Source of the DNA: Dendrobates tinctorius
Taxonomy: Eukaryota
Assembly: GCF_039654945.1 (NCBI RefSeq)
Contig: NW_027361834.1
Coordinates: 1,426,001 to 1,490,000, forward strand
Direction: 5' to 3'
Length of the DNA stretch: 64,000 bases
The stretch's first letter is position 1; the number at the start of each line of letters is the position of its first letter. The notes under the pieces are model-generated. The model was not told the origin of the DNA, did not search any database, and saw only the letters and a list, made by a program, of their open reading frames with translations. Below, piece after piece: positions 35,975 through 50,900 of this stretch. Made by a program: the position numbers and the translations under genes.

Positions 35975-38900
35975 CGGAACGTTTCCTCGGACCGGGACAA
36001 TTGCAGCATGCTGCGATTGTCACCGATTCTCGGATCGGACTCGCCAATGCAAGTCTATGGGTGCGATTAAAAATCGGATTACAAACGGACCACACGTGTG
36101 ACTTGCGATAAAATTGCAAGACTTCTCCAGGTCAACAGGAAAGAGCATCAGGCATTGGATGTCAATTTGATGCTTAGATGCGAATAAAATCGGTTCATCG
36201 CCGGAAATTCTGATGACAGACGGATCCCTGGACAAGAAATCTTTGTGCGATTTCGTACCGTAAAAATCGGATCAATTTTTTAATGGTTGTGTGTGACTCC
36301 AGCCTAATAGTATTCACCTTCTCATATTCACAAAAGGAACTTTTTGCTCCCCTCCCACCCCTCATCCAGGCTCCATGGCCCAGTGTGATTGTCCCCATGC
36401 AATGCTATAGTTACGCCCCCAAGTGGAGGTGTAAATGGCGCAGGTTCAGGTGCTTTTACATCAAACATCCGATGATCATCGGCTACATACATGTTGGTTG
36501 GCTCTTATTTAATGTCTTATTTATACAGTCTAACCGCACTTCTGATGTGCACAGAATGTCAGTAATAGACTGTTTCCTGCACATAGACTAACTGTTCTCG
36601 GCAGCACATTGCGCTCATTGTGCTGCCGAGAACAATTATTTTTTTTTTTTTTTTTAAGTAAGTTTAAAGATCATTTCACCAAGTAACATTGGCATAGACC
36701 CCCTGGTACGAACCTTTAGGATCTCTATTTGACACCAGCTATTTTTGTTGGGGAAACTGTTCATCAACGTACCAGAATAGATGGTCACTCTGGCCACACT
36801 GCAATCGCCCTGGCCCTTTCCAGGTCGCTCTGGCCACACTGCAGTCACCCTGGCCGTATCGAGGTCGCCCTGGCCACACTGCAGTCACCCTGGCCGTATC
36901 GAGGTCGCCCTGGCCACACTGCAGTCACCCTGGCCGTATTGAGGTCACTCTGGCCACACTGCAGTCACCCTGGCCGTATTGAGGTCACTCTGGCCACACT
37001 GCAATCGCCCTGGCCCTTTCCAGGTCGCTCTGGCCACACTGCAGTCACCCTGGCCGTATCGAGGTCGCCCTGGCCACACTGCAGTCACCCTGGCCGTATT
37101 GAGGTCACTCTGGCCACACTGCAGTCACCCTGGCCGTATTGAGGTCACTCTGGCCACACTGCAGTCACCCTGGCCGTATTGAGGTCACTCTGGCCACACC
37201 GCGGTCACCCTGGCCGTATTGAGGTCACTCTGGCCACACCGCGGTCACCCTGGCCGTATTGAGGTCACTCTGGTCACACCGCGGTCACCCTGGCCGTATT
37301 GAGGTCGCTCTGGCCACACCGCGGTCACTCGGGCATACACTGCATAGTATTCAGCTGTTGACAAATGCTCCCTGAGACTGTAAAGCTTGGAGTAACCTGT
37401 CGGTCTGGCTGCGTGTTCTCCCCGGAGGGTGGTGCTGTCTGTCCTCACCCTTTTTCCATTGTAGCTGGGTTTCATCAGGTTATTGCTAAGGTTTTCGGGC
37501 AGGCACTTGTAAGTTGTTCTCATTGCCTGACGTAAGCCTGTGAGTAAGCCGTCAGCCATGCCGCACTGCGAGCAAACAGCAGCCAATGGCAGAGACTTCT
37601 TTTTTCTTCCTTTGCCGTTTAAACAAACATTGATACAAAATAATAAATACATCAAGCAGAAGCTGTGGAAATGCCACACAGTCTACAGCAGCGAGATACA
37701 GAGCAGATTGCTGTACGGGTGGCGGGGGTAAACCATCACTGTGTTTTGGGCATTGTTCACACAAGTGTTCTCTGCCGTACATAAATCCATCTGCATTTCC
37801 CAGGAACATGATTCGGAGTTTGCTCGATGTAGTTATTGACTTCAGTGAAGCAAACAAAAGTCCAAAATATCAAACTCCGATCTCCGTATCGCTGTCTTTC
37901 TGGTGATGTCCATCTCAGTCAGACACAACAGTGTAGTCTCCGGTAGAAACCTAGAGATTTGGGGCATTATGTCTTCGATTCGTGCCCTACATTGTGGTGG
38001 TCTGTCCCTGGGGTATAACGCAGTCCTGCTCCCTCTTCTCTGTAGGGCTGAACTATATGCAAAGATGTAAAATATTCTTATTTTCTATTATTCTCAAATG
38101 ATTTTTATATTCAATTTAACAAGGAGAAAATACTTTTTGTGAAATGTCATGTGCCATTTCCTAGTCTCTATGTCTTGTGCTGGGCTTGGTGCGGAATCTG
38201 TTGGACAGATCGGCCCTGCGTGCTGCTCATGGCTGCAGTTATTGAAAAAACATTAAGAAAGGGTTTTTCAGAAAGCTCCTCCGTTCCACTTTACTATGTT
38301 GATGACAATCATTGGGAATCATTGGATATCCACAAGTAAAGTGTATATAACAACTTATTCTCCATATGATGAATTCTGTTGCCGGTACCGCCAGAAATCC
38401 ACTGCCAACGCCAGGGGGCTCTGTCAGCACAATCACGGGTATCGGGATAAGGCTTTGTTCAGACGTCCAGTTTTTACGTGTGTGTTCTATTCAGGTTTTG
38501 CAAGAACCAATTGTAGGCAATGGGCACATTCACATGTCTATAAATTTATTTATTTTTTTTTAATTTCAATTTGGCACAAAAAAGTAGATGTGTATTTTTA
38601 TTAATTTTTTTAATTAAAAAATTGTGGTCTTTTTTTATTTTTTTTGGGGGGAGGTGTATGTGTTCTAATGGGTCAGAAAAAGGAAAACTTACAATAATGG
38701 CCAAAGCCACAAAGCCAAAGGTGATTACAGTACAGGAGGGAGTAGTCATTAAAGGGAATCTGTCACCTCATTTTTGGCCTATAAAATGCGGCCACCGCCT
38801 TCTAGTAATATTTCATCGATATTATGTTTGTAACTTTCTTTTCTCCTTATCGGCTAATGTAAGGGAAGCAATCTTCTGATTGGGGACCACTTGTTCATGG

Positions 38901-41900
38901 ATACGTAGGGATCTGAATATGAATCATATATAATCCCCACCCCACACTCTTGCTGCTATGGTTCCTGAGCTGCATTCTTTTAGTGATTTATGCCTAGGAT
39001 ATTATTTTATAGTTTGGTTACTTTTATATTTTATTGCCATGTCTTTCTCGTGATTCTCGCAGGGTGGCAGCCAAGATGGTTTCTTCTGTGCGGTGGAATT
39101 CTTTCCTATTATGACTCAAGGGAAGACGCCTGGAAGGGCTGTAAGGGAAGCATCCAGATGGCGGTCTGCGAAATTCAAGGTGTGTTTCTGGAAATGAACA
39201 ATAACGTAAAATGACTTTTACCTGGGAAAGCCGCAGCAAGTCAACCGGAAAACATTCATGTAATACACGAAGGGCGTGTGTCCTCCGGAGCAGGAGCCAT
39301 GGTTGCAGAGCAGGTCTCCATTCTGGCTCGTTGGTGGAAGAGCCCTCTCTATTGTCCATATGTCCCAAACAGGGTTTGGCTTCGCAAATCTTTAATACTT
39401 CTATCGCTAGGCTTATTCTACAGTCAAGGAGACCGGAGACTCCACATTCAGCTATTCAAGATAGCGTTACGTAGGAGAGGGGAACAGTCTGCTGTCAGAC
39501 ACTCTTGGTGGCAGATTACCTCCCATGAGAGGAGAAGGATTGGGAATATTTTAATTCATCTGCTCGACATCTAGTATCGGGAGGCCCCATCAGCCTATGG
39601 GTGTGACTATTTAATAATCTATAGTAGCCTTTAATTCCAGAAGAATGCTGCCATTTTATGCTTCTCTCACCACTTTTCAAAATCGATGAGATAAGTAGGC
39701 AGGGTGGGTTTAGGGAGAGCTGCGGAGCATCCCTTGAATAGTTAAGTTTGCAATAAATTATTAAAAAAATTGGAGTAAATTATACCATTACGTGCATTTC
39801 TGCTCATGTCGTCATAAGGGGTAAACCACAGCAACCACTGCAGAGGAAACATTACTTAACTGTTATCCAGATGGGTGGTCAGTATGCGTTCCCCGCAGCG
39901 AAAGCTGCTCCTGCAGATCAGGTCTCCAGTCTAATCTGTTATCTCACAAGTATTACTAGCTAAAATAAAAGCATCATGAATATAGTGGCAAGGAACACTC
40001 TAGTCCTTACTGGAGTCTCCTCTATTTCCTACACTTTGTAAGGCACATCTGATGAGTTAGACGATGTGCGCATGGAGTCTTTTTGCAGAGTTTTCCGAGT
40101 AGAAACTGAAAAGTTTTGCGATTTGGAGATTTTCTGCTCAGTTTATTCTCGCAATAACCTCTTGGACACATCCTTATACAGTAATTCTACCTAACCCCAC
40201 GGTATAACCTGGGACATCTGTTGGTCAGGTCTGTAGGGGATCTGAATAACATTCCCTACACCCATAGCGGACAGCTTCACAGTCGAGTCAGGTCATGTCT
40301 AGTGTGATTTTTATTTTATATAGTCTTCACAATGTCTTCATTATATATGATGTATGCACACATTATCCTCTGTACATTATATTATACATTTTGCATTGAC
40401 AGTACACGCCACGGATAACACTCGGATGGACCTAGCAATTCCAGGGGAGCAGTACTTCTACCTGAAAGCCAGATCGGCAGCAGAACGACAGCAGTGGCTT
40501 GTTGCATTGGGTTCTGCTAAAGCCTGTATAACAGACATCAGAACCAAGAAAGAGAAAGGTATGAGTTTCCTGTAATCTATTGTTATTAAAATATACCGTA
40601 TTTTTCGGACTATAAGACGCACTTTTTTTCCTCCAAAAATGTGGAGGAAAATGGGATGGGGGGGGGTGTGCTAATAGTCCGATGTACCTGCTCTGGCTGA
40701 GGTGGGGGAGCGGTTTCGGCGGAGCAGCGGGTCACAGAGGCAGGAGCCGGATGCTGCAGCTAACTCCTGTGCCCACTTCTAAAGAGAAATGAATATTCAC
40801 TGCATTCCACTCCCATGGGCATGCAGGGCAATGAATATTCATTTCTCTTTAGTGGCATCCTAGTGTGATTGGACCCATCCTCTCCTTTTCCTGGTATGAT
40901 TGGCCCCCACCCCCATCCTGGTATGCATGGCCCCATCAGCAAATCCAAACTTATGTTTCAAATGTATACTTTTTTTTGGCATCTAGACAGCCCATTAACT
41001 TTTAGCTAATGAGTGACTGGTTTAGGGCAGTCGGACGTTGTATTACTCGTGCAAGCATCGCATCCCATTCCCCTGACTGGCCGTCGGCTATCTTGACCTG
41101 AACATGATGGCTGCGTAGAAATACATGCTGTCAGGCTCAGGTCAGGAGAACAGAGTGTGACTGCTCTCTTAATCATATAACCTCCTGCTCTTCCTGGGAT
41201 TTCCGGTCCTGTGGGCGGTCCTATTAGTGACTGACAGCTTTCCTTGTATAAGTGTGCATAGAGAGATCGCTGCCGGTCACTGATAGGACCGCCCACAGGA
41301 CCACAAAAGAGCAGAGGTTTGTATGATGAAAAAACAGGTGTACTGAATCTTTTCTCACAAATCTATGTATCAATCTCCTCCGCTCACCCTGCTCTATTAC
41401 ATGGTGCCTGCAGATTGGACTACACTTTCAAGATGACAGGTTTCCTTTGAAAGAATAAAAAAAGCCCTCAAAAGGGTCGAAATATCTTGACTTGGGCCAC
41501 AGTCATACAAGTGATTTATTCTCTCTTCTGAGAGAATCAAATCAATTATGATAATGACACTCTGATCCGCGTGTCATTTTACTGTGATCTGATTCTCTCG
41601 GCTGAGAGACTCGTATCACAGGAGAAGCGAGATCTGAATGTCTCCATTGTCTTTGTGCACGTAAATGGGACTGTACTCCGATGACATCCAAGGGCAGTCC
41701 GATTGTTTTACCTGCACTCATAGGCTTGAATGGGTGCTCGTGATCCGATTTGAGGAGCCATTCGCAGCATGTTGCGACTTTTATTTTTTATATTCTTTTT
41801 TTTTTTTACACAGACTGATTTGGCGCTACACTGCCCCATAGTATAAGATTGGTCTGAGTGCTATCCGATAAAACATCGGACAGGACTCGTCCTAGTAATA

Positions 41901-44900
41901 TGAGCGAGCCGCTACTAGGCAATATTGCAGCTTTTCAGCAAATACAGCATAACTTTAAAAAGATTCGGGCACAAAGGGAGTTGTCTGCTGCACGTCACCA
42001 CTTTTTTTTTTTTTTTTTTTCTTCCCACAACCTGATTTACCAGTTGTTCACTATTTCTAAGCCTTGGTCTAAAGTATTTTGACATACTGGCACTGTGAGG
42101 ATTCTCTGTTGCTGGCGCCAGGAGCGGGCGAGTGGTTTGCATACTTCGGCCACATTCCAACTAGATGTGTCCGGGAGCAACGGCTGCACACGTCTAGTCA
42201 GCACATGACTGCATGTAGGCAAATCACCTACTTGCAGTCACCAGAGAATCCTCACGGCACACAGTGCACGCGGTGTTAAGATTCACAAGTCTGCAGTAAC
42301 ATAGAAAGACTTCAGACTTGCAGCCTAAGGCCGGACAGCCCCTTTAAATGATAAATACATTAAACTAGTAATCATTTCATAGTTTTTCTTTTGTTTTACA
42401 TTTCACACAGGGGAAGAGCAGGTTTCCTCTTGTCTGCTGTATATGTCCACTGTCACATCTGTTGAACTGCAGATTATACATTTTAATCAGAAGCTTAAAT
42501 CTCTGTATTGGTGACCTGCCACCTCCTCAAATCCTGTGATTCAGACAGGATAATAAACTGCAGTAACACATCATTCTGTAGCCGCTTGTGTTGTATTTGA
42601 TTCTGTTGTCTCCACTTTTCATGATGTACAATAAAACATTTAATTATGGTCCTGGGTTAGCCAGAAAATCTATGTAACTACTATAAAGTTAAATAATAAT
42701 CTTTATTTTTATATAGCGCTACCATATTCCGCAGCGCTTTACAGTTGGCACACATTATCATCACTGTCCCTGATGGGGCTCACAATCTAGATTCCCTATC
42801 AGCATGTATTTGGAATGTGGGAGGAAACCCACGTAAACACGGGGAGAACATACAAACTCCTTGCAGATGTTGTCCTTGGTGGGATTTGAACCCAGGACCC
42901 CAGCGCTGCAAGGCAAAAGATAATAGTATTCTGGGTGTGATAAAATTATTCTGGTTGGCCAATAGCACTCTTTCCAGTCTTTCGAGCCCAGAGGCCCCCT
43001 CAACAGGGCAATTTACTAATGAATGACTGTGTCAAATATGTTACGGCAAGACATTTGTACATGTAGAAAAAAAGGGGGGTAGGGAGCACCACTAAAGGGC
43101 AAAATGATCAATTTTCAAAAATACGCAAGGGGTGCTGCATAATTCAGAAAGGAGAACAAAGAGCCCAGCATATTAGGCGCACACCCAAGACAATGGAGGT
43201 ATATGAAAAAATGTATATAAATTTTATTGAAAGACAGAAAAAAAAAAAAAACACAATAAAAGCATTTAAAAGGCAAAGCACACCCCCAAATGTCCCAAGT
43301 AAGTCTAACAATAAGTACTAATAGACAGCAACCACATGGTTGAAAAAACAAGATGTTAGCCTAAATGTACATAATAATACATAACCCAATGACCCCAAAT
43401 CTGGGCATCCCCAGAAAAACAATAACATACAAACGCTCACTCAAAGCGGCCTCAGAAAAAACCAGGGGGCCCTGTAAGTGGCCCTGTAAGGGAGGGAGTG
43501 AGATGAACATCCACTATAGAGATAAGAGAAAATAATATACCAACACTCACTCCAAGAGGCCTAATGAAGGCCAGAGGGCACTGTAGGTAACCCTGGTAGA
43601 GAGGGAGCAAAAAACCATCCACTCTAAGGATAAGGAAGCGGGCTGAACTGGAGGAAAATGCAGGAGGCAGAAATTATATGCCAAAATATATAAATGGGAA
43701 AAGTGGAATCGCCATAGAGAGCGGTCCAGCATGGAGCGTCAGGGGTCAGGCCGTCAGAGGAAGATAGTCCCGGGACAAGGGCAGTGTGGGGAGGTATTTG
43801 TGATACTGTGTCTCTTCAGTGCTGTGGTTCCTGTATGGTCTGCAGTCTGATGGCAGGTAACAACTCCCAGCATCTTCTACCATTGTTAAGGACATACTGG
43901 GAATTGTAGGTTCGAGCAATACAATTATATATGGGTCTGACCTGACATTACAATTGATCACTGTACTAAGCTTGGTGTTGTATACATTTACTGTGTTTGG
44001 TTCTGGCTCTGCATTCATGTACTGATGGTGGTTCTTGTACCGCATACATGTGCTGACAGTGGTTCTGATCTTGTACATGCTACTGAGCCCCATCTGGGAC
44101 AGTGCCAATAATGTCTGTAAAGCGCTGTGGAATTAATGGTGCTATATAAATGCGTAAAATAAATAAATAGCTATGTTAAAACTTAAAAAAAAAAAAGCAA
44201 AAATAGAAAGCGCACATAGGGTGTATCGTTTAAAACCGCAGTAGTACGCCCAATTTGTTAGACTCACCTGCTAAAGTTGTGCGAGTTGTGCAACAAACTG
44301 GGAATCGCTCAAGAATATCCAATAGTCGCTGGTATCCCGCTAATGATAAGGAAATCCAAAGGAGTAAAAAGAGCTGGGCTTTCAAAACCGCGCTGACCAG
44401 AAACACACCTTCCGTGGTAGATATCGTAAAAAACTTCTTTGGATTTCCCTATGTTAAAACTTAAAACTCCTCAAAAGTTAGAGATGTGAGATTATGAGGA
44501 GGATTTGGAGGAGGATTTGGTGAGATTCTGCTGCAAAAACTCAGTTTAAGTTAGTGTCTATTCATACTGAATTTTTTTGGAGCAGAAACTCTCCAAATCC
44601 TCCTCAAATAATGAAAACTTGGATCTGGTGATGTAGTGATGTATTCATGTAAGTACCCCTTTACATTTTTTTTGCGGCTTTTGAGATTGTTTCAGTATGG
44701 CAATGTGGCCCTTGGACAATAAAAATGTTGTGCACCCCTGATATAGATGATCAATATCAGATCATTAGTGTCCGACACTCACACCAAACATCTACCGTAT
44801 ATACTCGAATATAAGCCGAGATTTTCAGCCCATTTTTTTGGGCTGAAAGTCCCCCTCTCGGCTTATATTCGAGTCATATACACCAGGGGGTCGGTGGGGG

Positions 44901-47900
44901 GGGTCAGGTCATACTTACCCGTCCTGGCGCTGTCTCTGCAGCCCCCAGCTTCTCCGCGATCTCCCTTCCTTCCTTCAGCGGTCACATGGTACCGCTCATT
45001 AAACTCAAGAATATGAGCATATTCATGAGTTTAATGAGCGGTACCGTGACCGCTGAAGGCAGGAAGGGAGATCACGGAGAAGCTGGGGGCTGCGGGGACA
45101 GCGCCAGGACGGGTAAGTATAGCGATATTCTCCTGTCCGGGGACAATAGCTGCTTGCTGCTGTCTGGCACGTCATCTGTCAGTGACGTTCAGACAGCAGA
45201 GGGCGCGGTGACGTGGTTAGTGCACGCTGCGCCCCCTGCAGTCTGAGCGTCACTGATAGATGATGTGCCAGACAGCAGCAAGCAGTGATGGACCAGGGGA
45301 CAGGTGAATATCTCAGGTGCCAGCAGTGACACCGGCACCTGGCCCCCAGCGACGGAGAGGTGAGTATGTCTTTTTTTTTTTATTTTTAAATGCAGCGGCA
45401 GCACATGGGGGAATAATCTATGGAGCATCTTATGGGGCAGCATATAGGGGCATAATCTATGGAGCATCTTATGGGGGCAGCATATGGGGGCATAATCTAT
45501 GGAACATCTTATGGGGCCATAACCTTTATGGAGCAGCATATGGGGCATATTATTCTATGGAGCATCTTATGGGGCCATTATTAACCTTTGTGCAGCATTA
45601 TATGGGGTATATTTTATATGGAGCATCTTATGGGGCCCATCATGAACTGTATGGAGCATTATGTGAGGCTCCTGATTCAATATAGATATTCAAAATGCAT
45701 TTAGCCTACTGATGTCTCAATTAATTTTACTTTTATTGGTATCTGTTTTTAATTTTTAAATTCACCAGTAGCTGCTGCATTTTTGCACCCTAGGCTTATA
45801 CGCGAGTCAATACGTTTTTCCAGTTTTTTGTGGCAAAATTAGGGGGGTCGGCTTATACTCGAATATATACAGTATCTGCTGGAACACCACAGCGCCCTAC
45901 CTTGTGTAGTGGCCAAACTTTAGTACTGCATCTTTTCTGTCATTTACTTTTTTTTTTTAACATACATAGAGTTTAATGACAGCACGGAAACTCTTAAAAC
46001 GAAGATGTCTGAATTAAGGCTGTTCTGTGACATATTGGTCCAGCAAGTGAATAAGACGAAAGACACAGCTAGTATTGGTACATCTGAATCTCAGGTAGGT
46101 GAATCTGGGTCAAGCTTATTTTATTTGCTCATGAAAACTGAGTAGAGGAAGTTTACCATCTGACTCATAATAGGGCAGTGGTGAATGTGTGCTGTTAATA
46201 AGTAACTGCTGCTGTAAGAGAGAGCTCAAAAACCTGTGTCTCAGATACGTCTCGGCAGTGCTGTGATCCAAGTGGGTGAGCAGGATGCAACTTTTCCCCA
46301 GTTTCTTCATTGGAGATATTCTCAATCTCCATGTGAAGAGAACAGATCATTCATCAGTTGCCATGAAGCTCCTCATTCCTTGTCTTAAAGAGGTTCTGCA
46401 TCAGCTTGAGTAATTAAAGCATAATTAATTTATTGTAAGAGACAATCTATATAAAGCTGAGTGTGTGTGTGTATTTATCAAGCCACGCCCACTCCACATA
46501 GCTCCACCCATTCCGCATAGCTACAGGGAAAGAGCCCCTGATGCAAGGACACCCTACAACAGTTGTGACACACAGCTTGGCCTCACATACATTACACACA
46601 CAGCTTTGCTGCAAGGACCCTCTGATCCCATGTATACGGGGTTACTATACTTCCCCCAGTGATGTGATATAAGACCCTGCTCTGTGACATAAGCTCACAC
46701 TTCTACTCCAGCACCAGTACAGCTCTGCGTCTGACTCCTCCTCCCAAGCACATGACTGGTCACATGGTCGTGACATCATCACAGGTCCTTTAGTTGCCCA
46801 GGATCTCGCATCTACCGACAGTTCGGCAAGGGAAGAGTGCTGGCATGGAGGGGACGGGGCACTAGTGCTGCCATGGAGGGGACGGGGCAGCGCTGACTGC
46901 CCGGTGACACTGCCTGCCACTGTGTATATTAAAGCTGTGCTGCAGAAAAATGCTGTGTACAAAGGAGGCGAGTGAGGTGCAGGAGGAGGCTGTGTAAAAA
47001 GGAGCATGAGGGGCAGAAGGGAAAAGGCCCCCTCACTTCGGCCGTTATTTGCTATAACTATCCACAGTTAGTTACTATGCCCGGGCAACGCCGGGCTCTT
47101 CAGCTAGTCGCTAATAATGACAAGGCGCCGGAGTGTTCCTGTATCTTCTTACTACTTCTTCATTGCTCACGTTTAAAGTCTTTTTGTAAGTGACCTTATG
47201 ATATCTGAAGACCTCACGAGCTATAATGACATTGTGGCATACACCTCTTTAGGAAGAGCCACTCTGTAACGGGAGATGTGCTTTTGCTGTTCTATTAGGA
47301 TGAACTTGATATGGGCGCTCTTTTGAAGTCGACATGCAATACGTTCCTGAAAACCCTGGAGGAGTGTATGCAGATTGCAAATACCACCTTCACGTCTCGC
47401 CCGCTGTACGCCACTCCCCCAGGATCCCCACATCTCTCTGCCCTTAGACCGAACAAGGTACTGTCTGACAGCTAGCACACCTGCATTAGAGATCTGCTGC
47501 GGGGATGACGTCTTGTGAAGTGCTTCAAAGGCACGGTCATCAGCGTCCCACTGTGTACATTGCTGTAGTGTGTGTGATTGCACGTCATTCCCCTGTGCGT
47601 AGAAAAACCTTAACTCACCACACCAGAGGTGTTTTGTTTTTTTTGTTTGTTTGTTTCTTATCCGAACATTCCGGTAAGATCCGAAGATGGCGACTGGTAA
47701 ATTTTTTGCTTCGGACAGGAAACATGCATTAGTAATACTACTCGGATATGAAATTTAAAAAACAAAAACACAAATGCAGAATAGGTGTTTAAAGGGAATC
47801 TGTCAGCAGGTTGTTTGGTATGTAATCTGTCAGCAGCATGAGGTAGGGACAGAAACTCTAATTTCAGCGATGTATCACTTAGTTTACTGGGTGCGGCAGT

Positions 47901-50900
47901 TGTGATAGAATCACAGTTTTCTCTGCTGCCGACCTATGCTGAGCTGTGTATAACCTGCCCACACCACTGATTGTCAGCTTTCTGTGTACAGTGATAGAAA
48001 GCTGCTAATCAAAGGTGGGAGCGTGGTTGGACAAGCAGGCTTGAAACAGTTTGTCCTGTAATGATCATCTCCTGCTGATAAAACACTGATTATATTGAAA
48101 CAACAAAACACAGCTGTTATCAGGGGGCTCAGCCGCTACATCATGGCGCTCTTTGATTCCATAGCAAAAAACCTGCTGACAGATTCCCTATTAGTATTTC
48201 TTGTCAGGATAACACTGCTCTAAAAGAAAAGCCTCAGGTGATGTCCATAATGTCTAAGGTGGAGTATGAACAAATCGGAGATGTGGGTAACCTGTGCTGC
48301 TGGTAATTTGTCAACAAATCATTCCAATATGTGGTAGATGGTGACCGTGAGGTTTATTCTTAACCAGTTTCGAAGTTCTCAAACGTCTTCAGGAAACCAT
48401 TACGTGAGAACTTTCAAAATGTGTTGAGATAAACTTCACCGTAACCTCCTATTGTATATTGGAATTATTTGTGGACACGCTAGCAGCAGCACAGGTTACT
48501 CACGTCTCCAATTGCCTGTTATTCGGTGTGGGGTCTCAGGGATTTCTCCCAGTGCCGCAGATAGCTGGTAAATGCCAGTTGGGGGAATACTCTTTAATAT
48601 TTTCTGTACATGTAACTTTGGCACTTTGATTCATCATGCTAGCCATTGTAGAAATAGAGGTTACCGGGTTCATAACACTGACCAAACACGGTTTTGTTTT
48701 TTATTTACACAAATTTTTCATTTTAGATTTTTTTTCCATAATATTAGGTACGCCGATCTATCCTGTCCAGTCAGAATTCAGCACAAAGGTAAGTGCGCAT
48801 ATAATAATCTCGAGCATTGATAGCTTAATATATTTTTGGCTTTGTTTCTCATTTTCAAATTCATTAAATGGTCCAGATGTAAAAGTGACCAGATGTTACT
48901 CCTTCATGGCCTCCAATGCCCCCTCTCAGTCTCCAAAGGGGGAGTCAGTGTTAGCCGAGGCGTCCCCCCCTCTTCTCTGTAGTCCTGGCATGTCCTTACG
49001 ATATCTGTAAGGGGCAAATACCATGTCATATGACACTATTTGTTTTTCCCTCATGGAGCTCTTCTATATTATAGTAGCTGAAAAGCCCGGCGTTGCCCGG
49101 CATAGTAACTAACTGTGAGTCCCGCTCTCTCCCTTAACAGCCCCGCTTTCCACCCGCCATCACACTCTCTCTTTCCGTAGCCCTGCTCTTCACCTGCCGT
49201 CCCACTCTCTTCTTCTACAGTCTTTCTCCATGCCCCATCCCGTTCTATCCCTCTGCAGCCCCACTCTCCATCCGTGTCCCTCTCTTCCTCCGCAGCCCCG
49301 CTCTCTTCCTCCGCAGCCCCGCTCTCCAAGAAACTAGTGGGCGGGGCTATGTGGAGTGGGTGTAGCTTGATACACACACACACACACTCTCTCAGATAGA
49401 TAGATATATTTACACTTGTTTTATCGTCATGTAGCAATACATTGTTGCCATATAATCTTTTCAAATCCTTTAGGAAAATGGAGCTAAATAATAACCTTGA
49501 AAACGAGGAGACCATTAACTCCGATCATTCCAGAGTCGAAAATGTTCGTGTTCTTGGTATGGAAATTTCCAAGACTGTCCCTGTACCTTCCCAGGAGAAA
49601 GAAAAATCAATCGATTCAGGAGGTAAAGAGACATCTGCTCAAACTACCTTTTAGGAAGGCAAAAGTGTGCTTCATTACTTCCTTATCGCATTTCCACTGG
49701 GGTCTCACTGCTATGTCCTCCACCAGTCTCAAGAGCAGGGCTCTCAAATACATTGACTGCCACCGCCCTATTCATTCATTGGCTGTGGTACTGCCATCGA
49801 TGGGACCCCCAGCGATCAGTGCAGTGATAACTTTCCATATAGCGAATTAGAAAACATGGCCGCTTTCTTTTAGAAACAGCTCAACCACTGACCAAAGATT
49901 GTGCATGGCAGTGCAGCTCCTGTCATCTCGGGGATGGCACTGTTTCTGAAAGCGTTTCTAATTCTGGACATCCCCCATTTTGTATGGCACTAAGAGCTTG
50001 TACTCCCTGCTAAGACAAAGCTCTAGTTTGCTTGTGATGCCATAATAACATAAAAGAAACAATGAAAAGTGTTAAAAAAATTAATAAAATACGGAATAAA
50101 CAATTTATTTTTAAAGGAGGTTTCCATTTTTAGAAAACCTCTGTCACCCGAATATATTTGGTTTAAAAAAATAAATAATTGTTCTTTACTCACCCTCCCC
50201 AGGTTGACGTCTGAGTCTCTGCCACCACTCTCGGCGCCTGTACCGTATGTCTGCAGCACTAACATCATGTGTAGAGTGCCACAGACCGTAACTGGGGTAA
50301 GAAGCTCTGCTTCAGGTGATGGACCAAGTTGCTGAATCCAGTTATTGGCTGCAGCACTGTTGATGTTACATCTGCACTGCAGAACATAATGGGCACCAGG
50401 AGCAGTGGTTGGGACCTGGGGAGGGTGAGTAAAGCCACATTTAAAAAATAAAAAAATGCTTGTGGTGTCCAGAGTTTTCTAAAACTGGAAAACCACCTTC
50501 AATTTTTTTTATTTCATTTAGAAGTTATGAAACGTAAAACATACATATATTTGTTATTCTATTATTTATTACAACCTGTATAGAAAATGTAAAACCGTTT
50601 TCCTAGACATCATAAATTATATCCAGAAAAACCGAATCACTTGCAGAGGAGGAAGAGAGTCGGGCTGTGGATGAAGAGAGCGGGGCTGTGGAGGAAGAGA
50701 GGGACACGGAGAGTGGGGCTGCAGAGGGATAGAACGGGATGGCGCATGGAGAAAGGCTGTAGGAGAGATGTATAATTATGTGCTTAATTGTAAAACACTG
50801 GGCAAAACTGTCAGTGAAAAAGACCTGGGTGTATGGGTGGACAACAAACTCACATTTAGTGGCCAGTGTCAGGCAGCTGCTGCAAAGGCAAATAAAATAA

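Noticed and set aside
40043-40070. Hammerhead ribozyme core CTGATGAG (also 31857 and 35757)
   Set aside because: No correctly placed GAAA or stems II and III seen
42860-42912. tRNA gene
   Set aside because: The B box belongs to a truncated SINE head; no cloverleaf
42913-43750. Possible additional retroelement fragment
   Set aside because: No TSD, termini or protein motif could be established by eye
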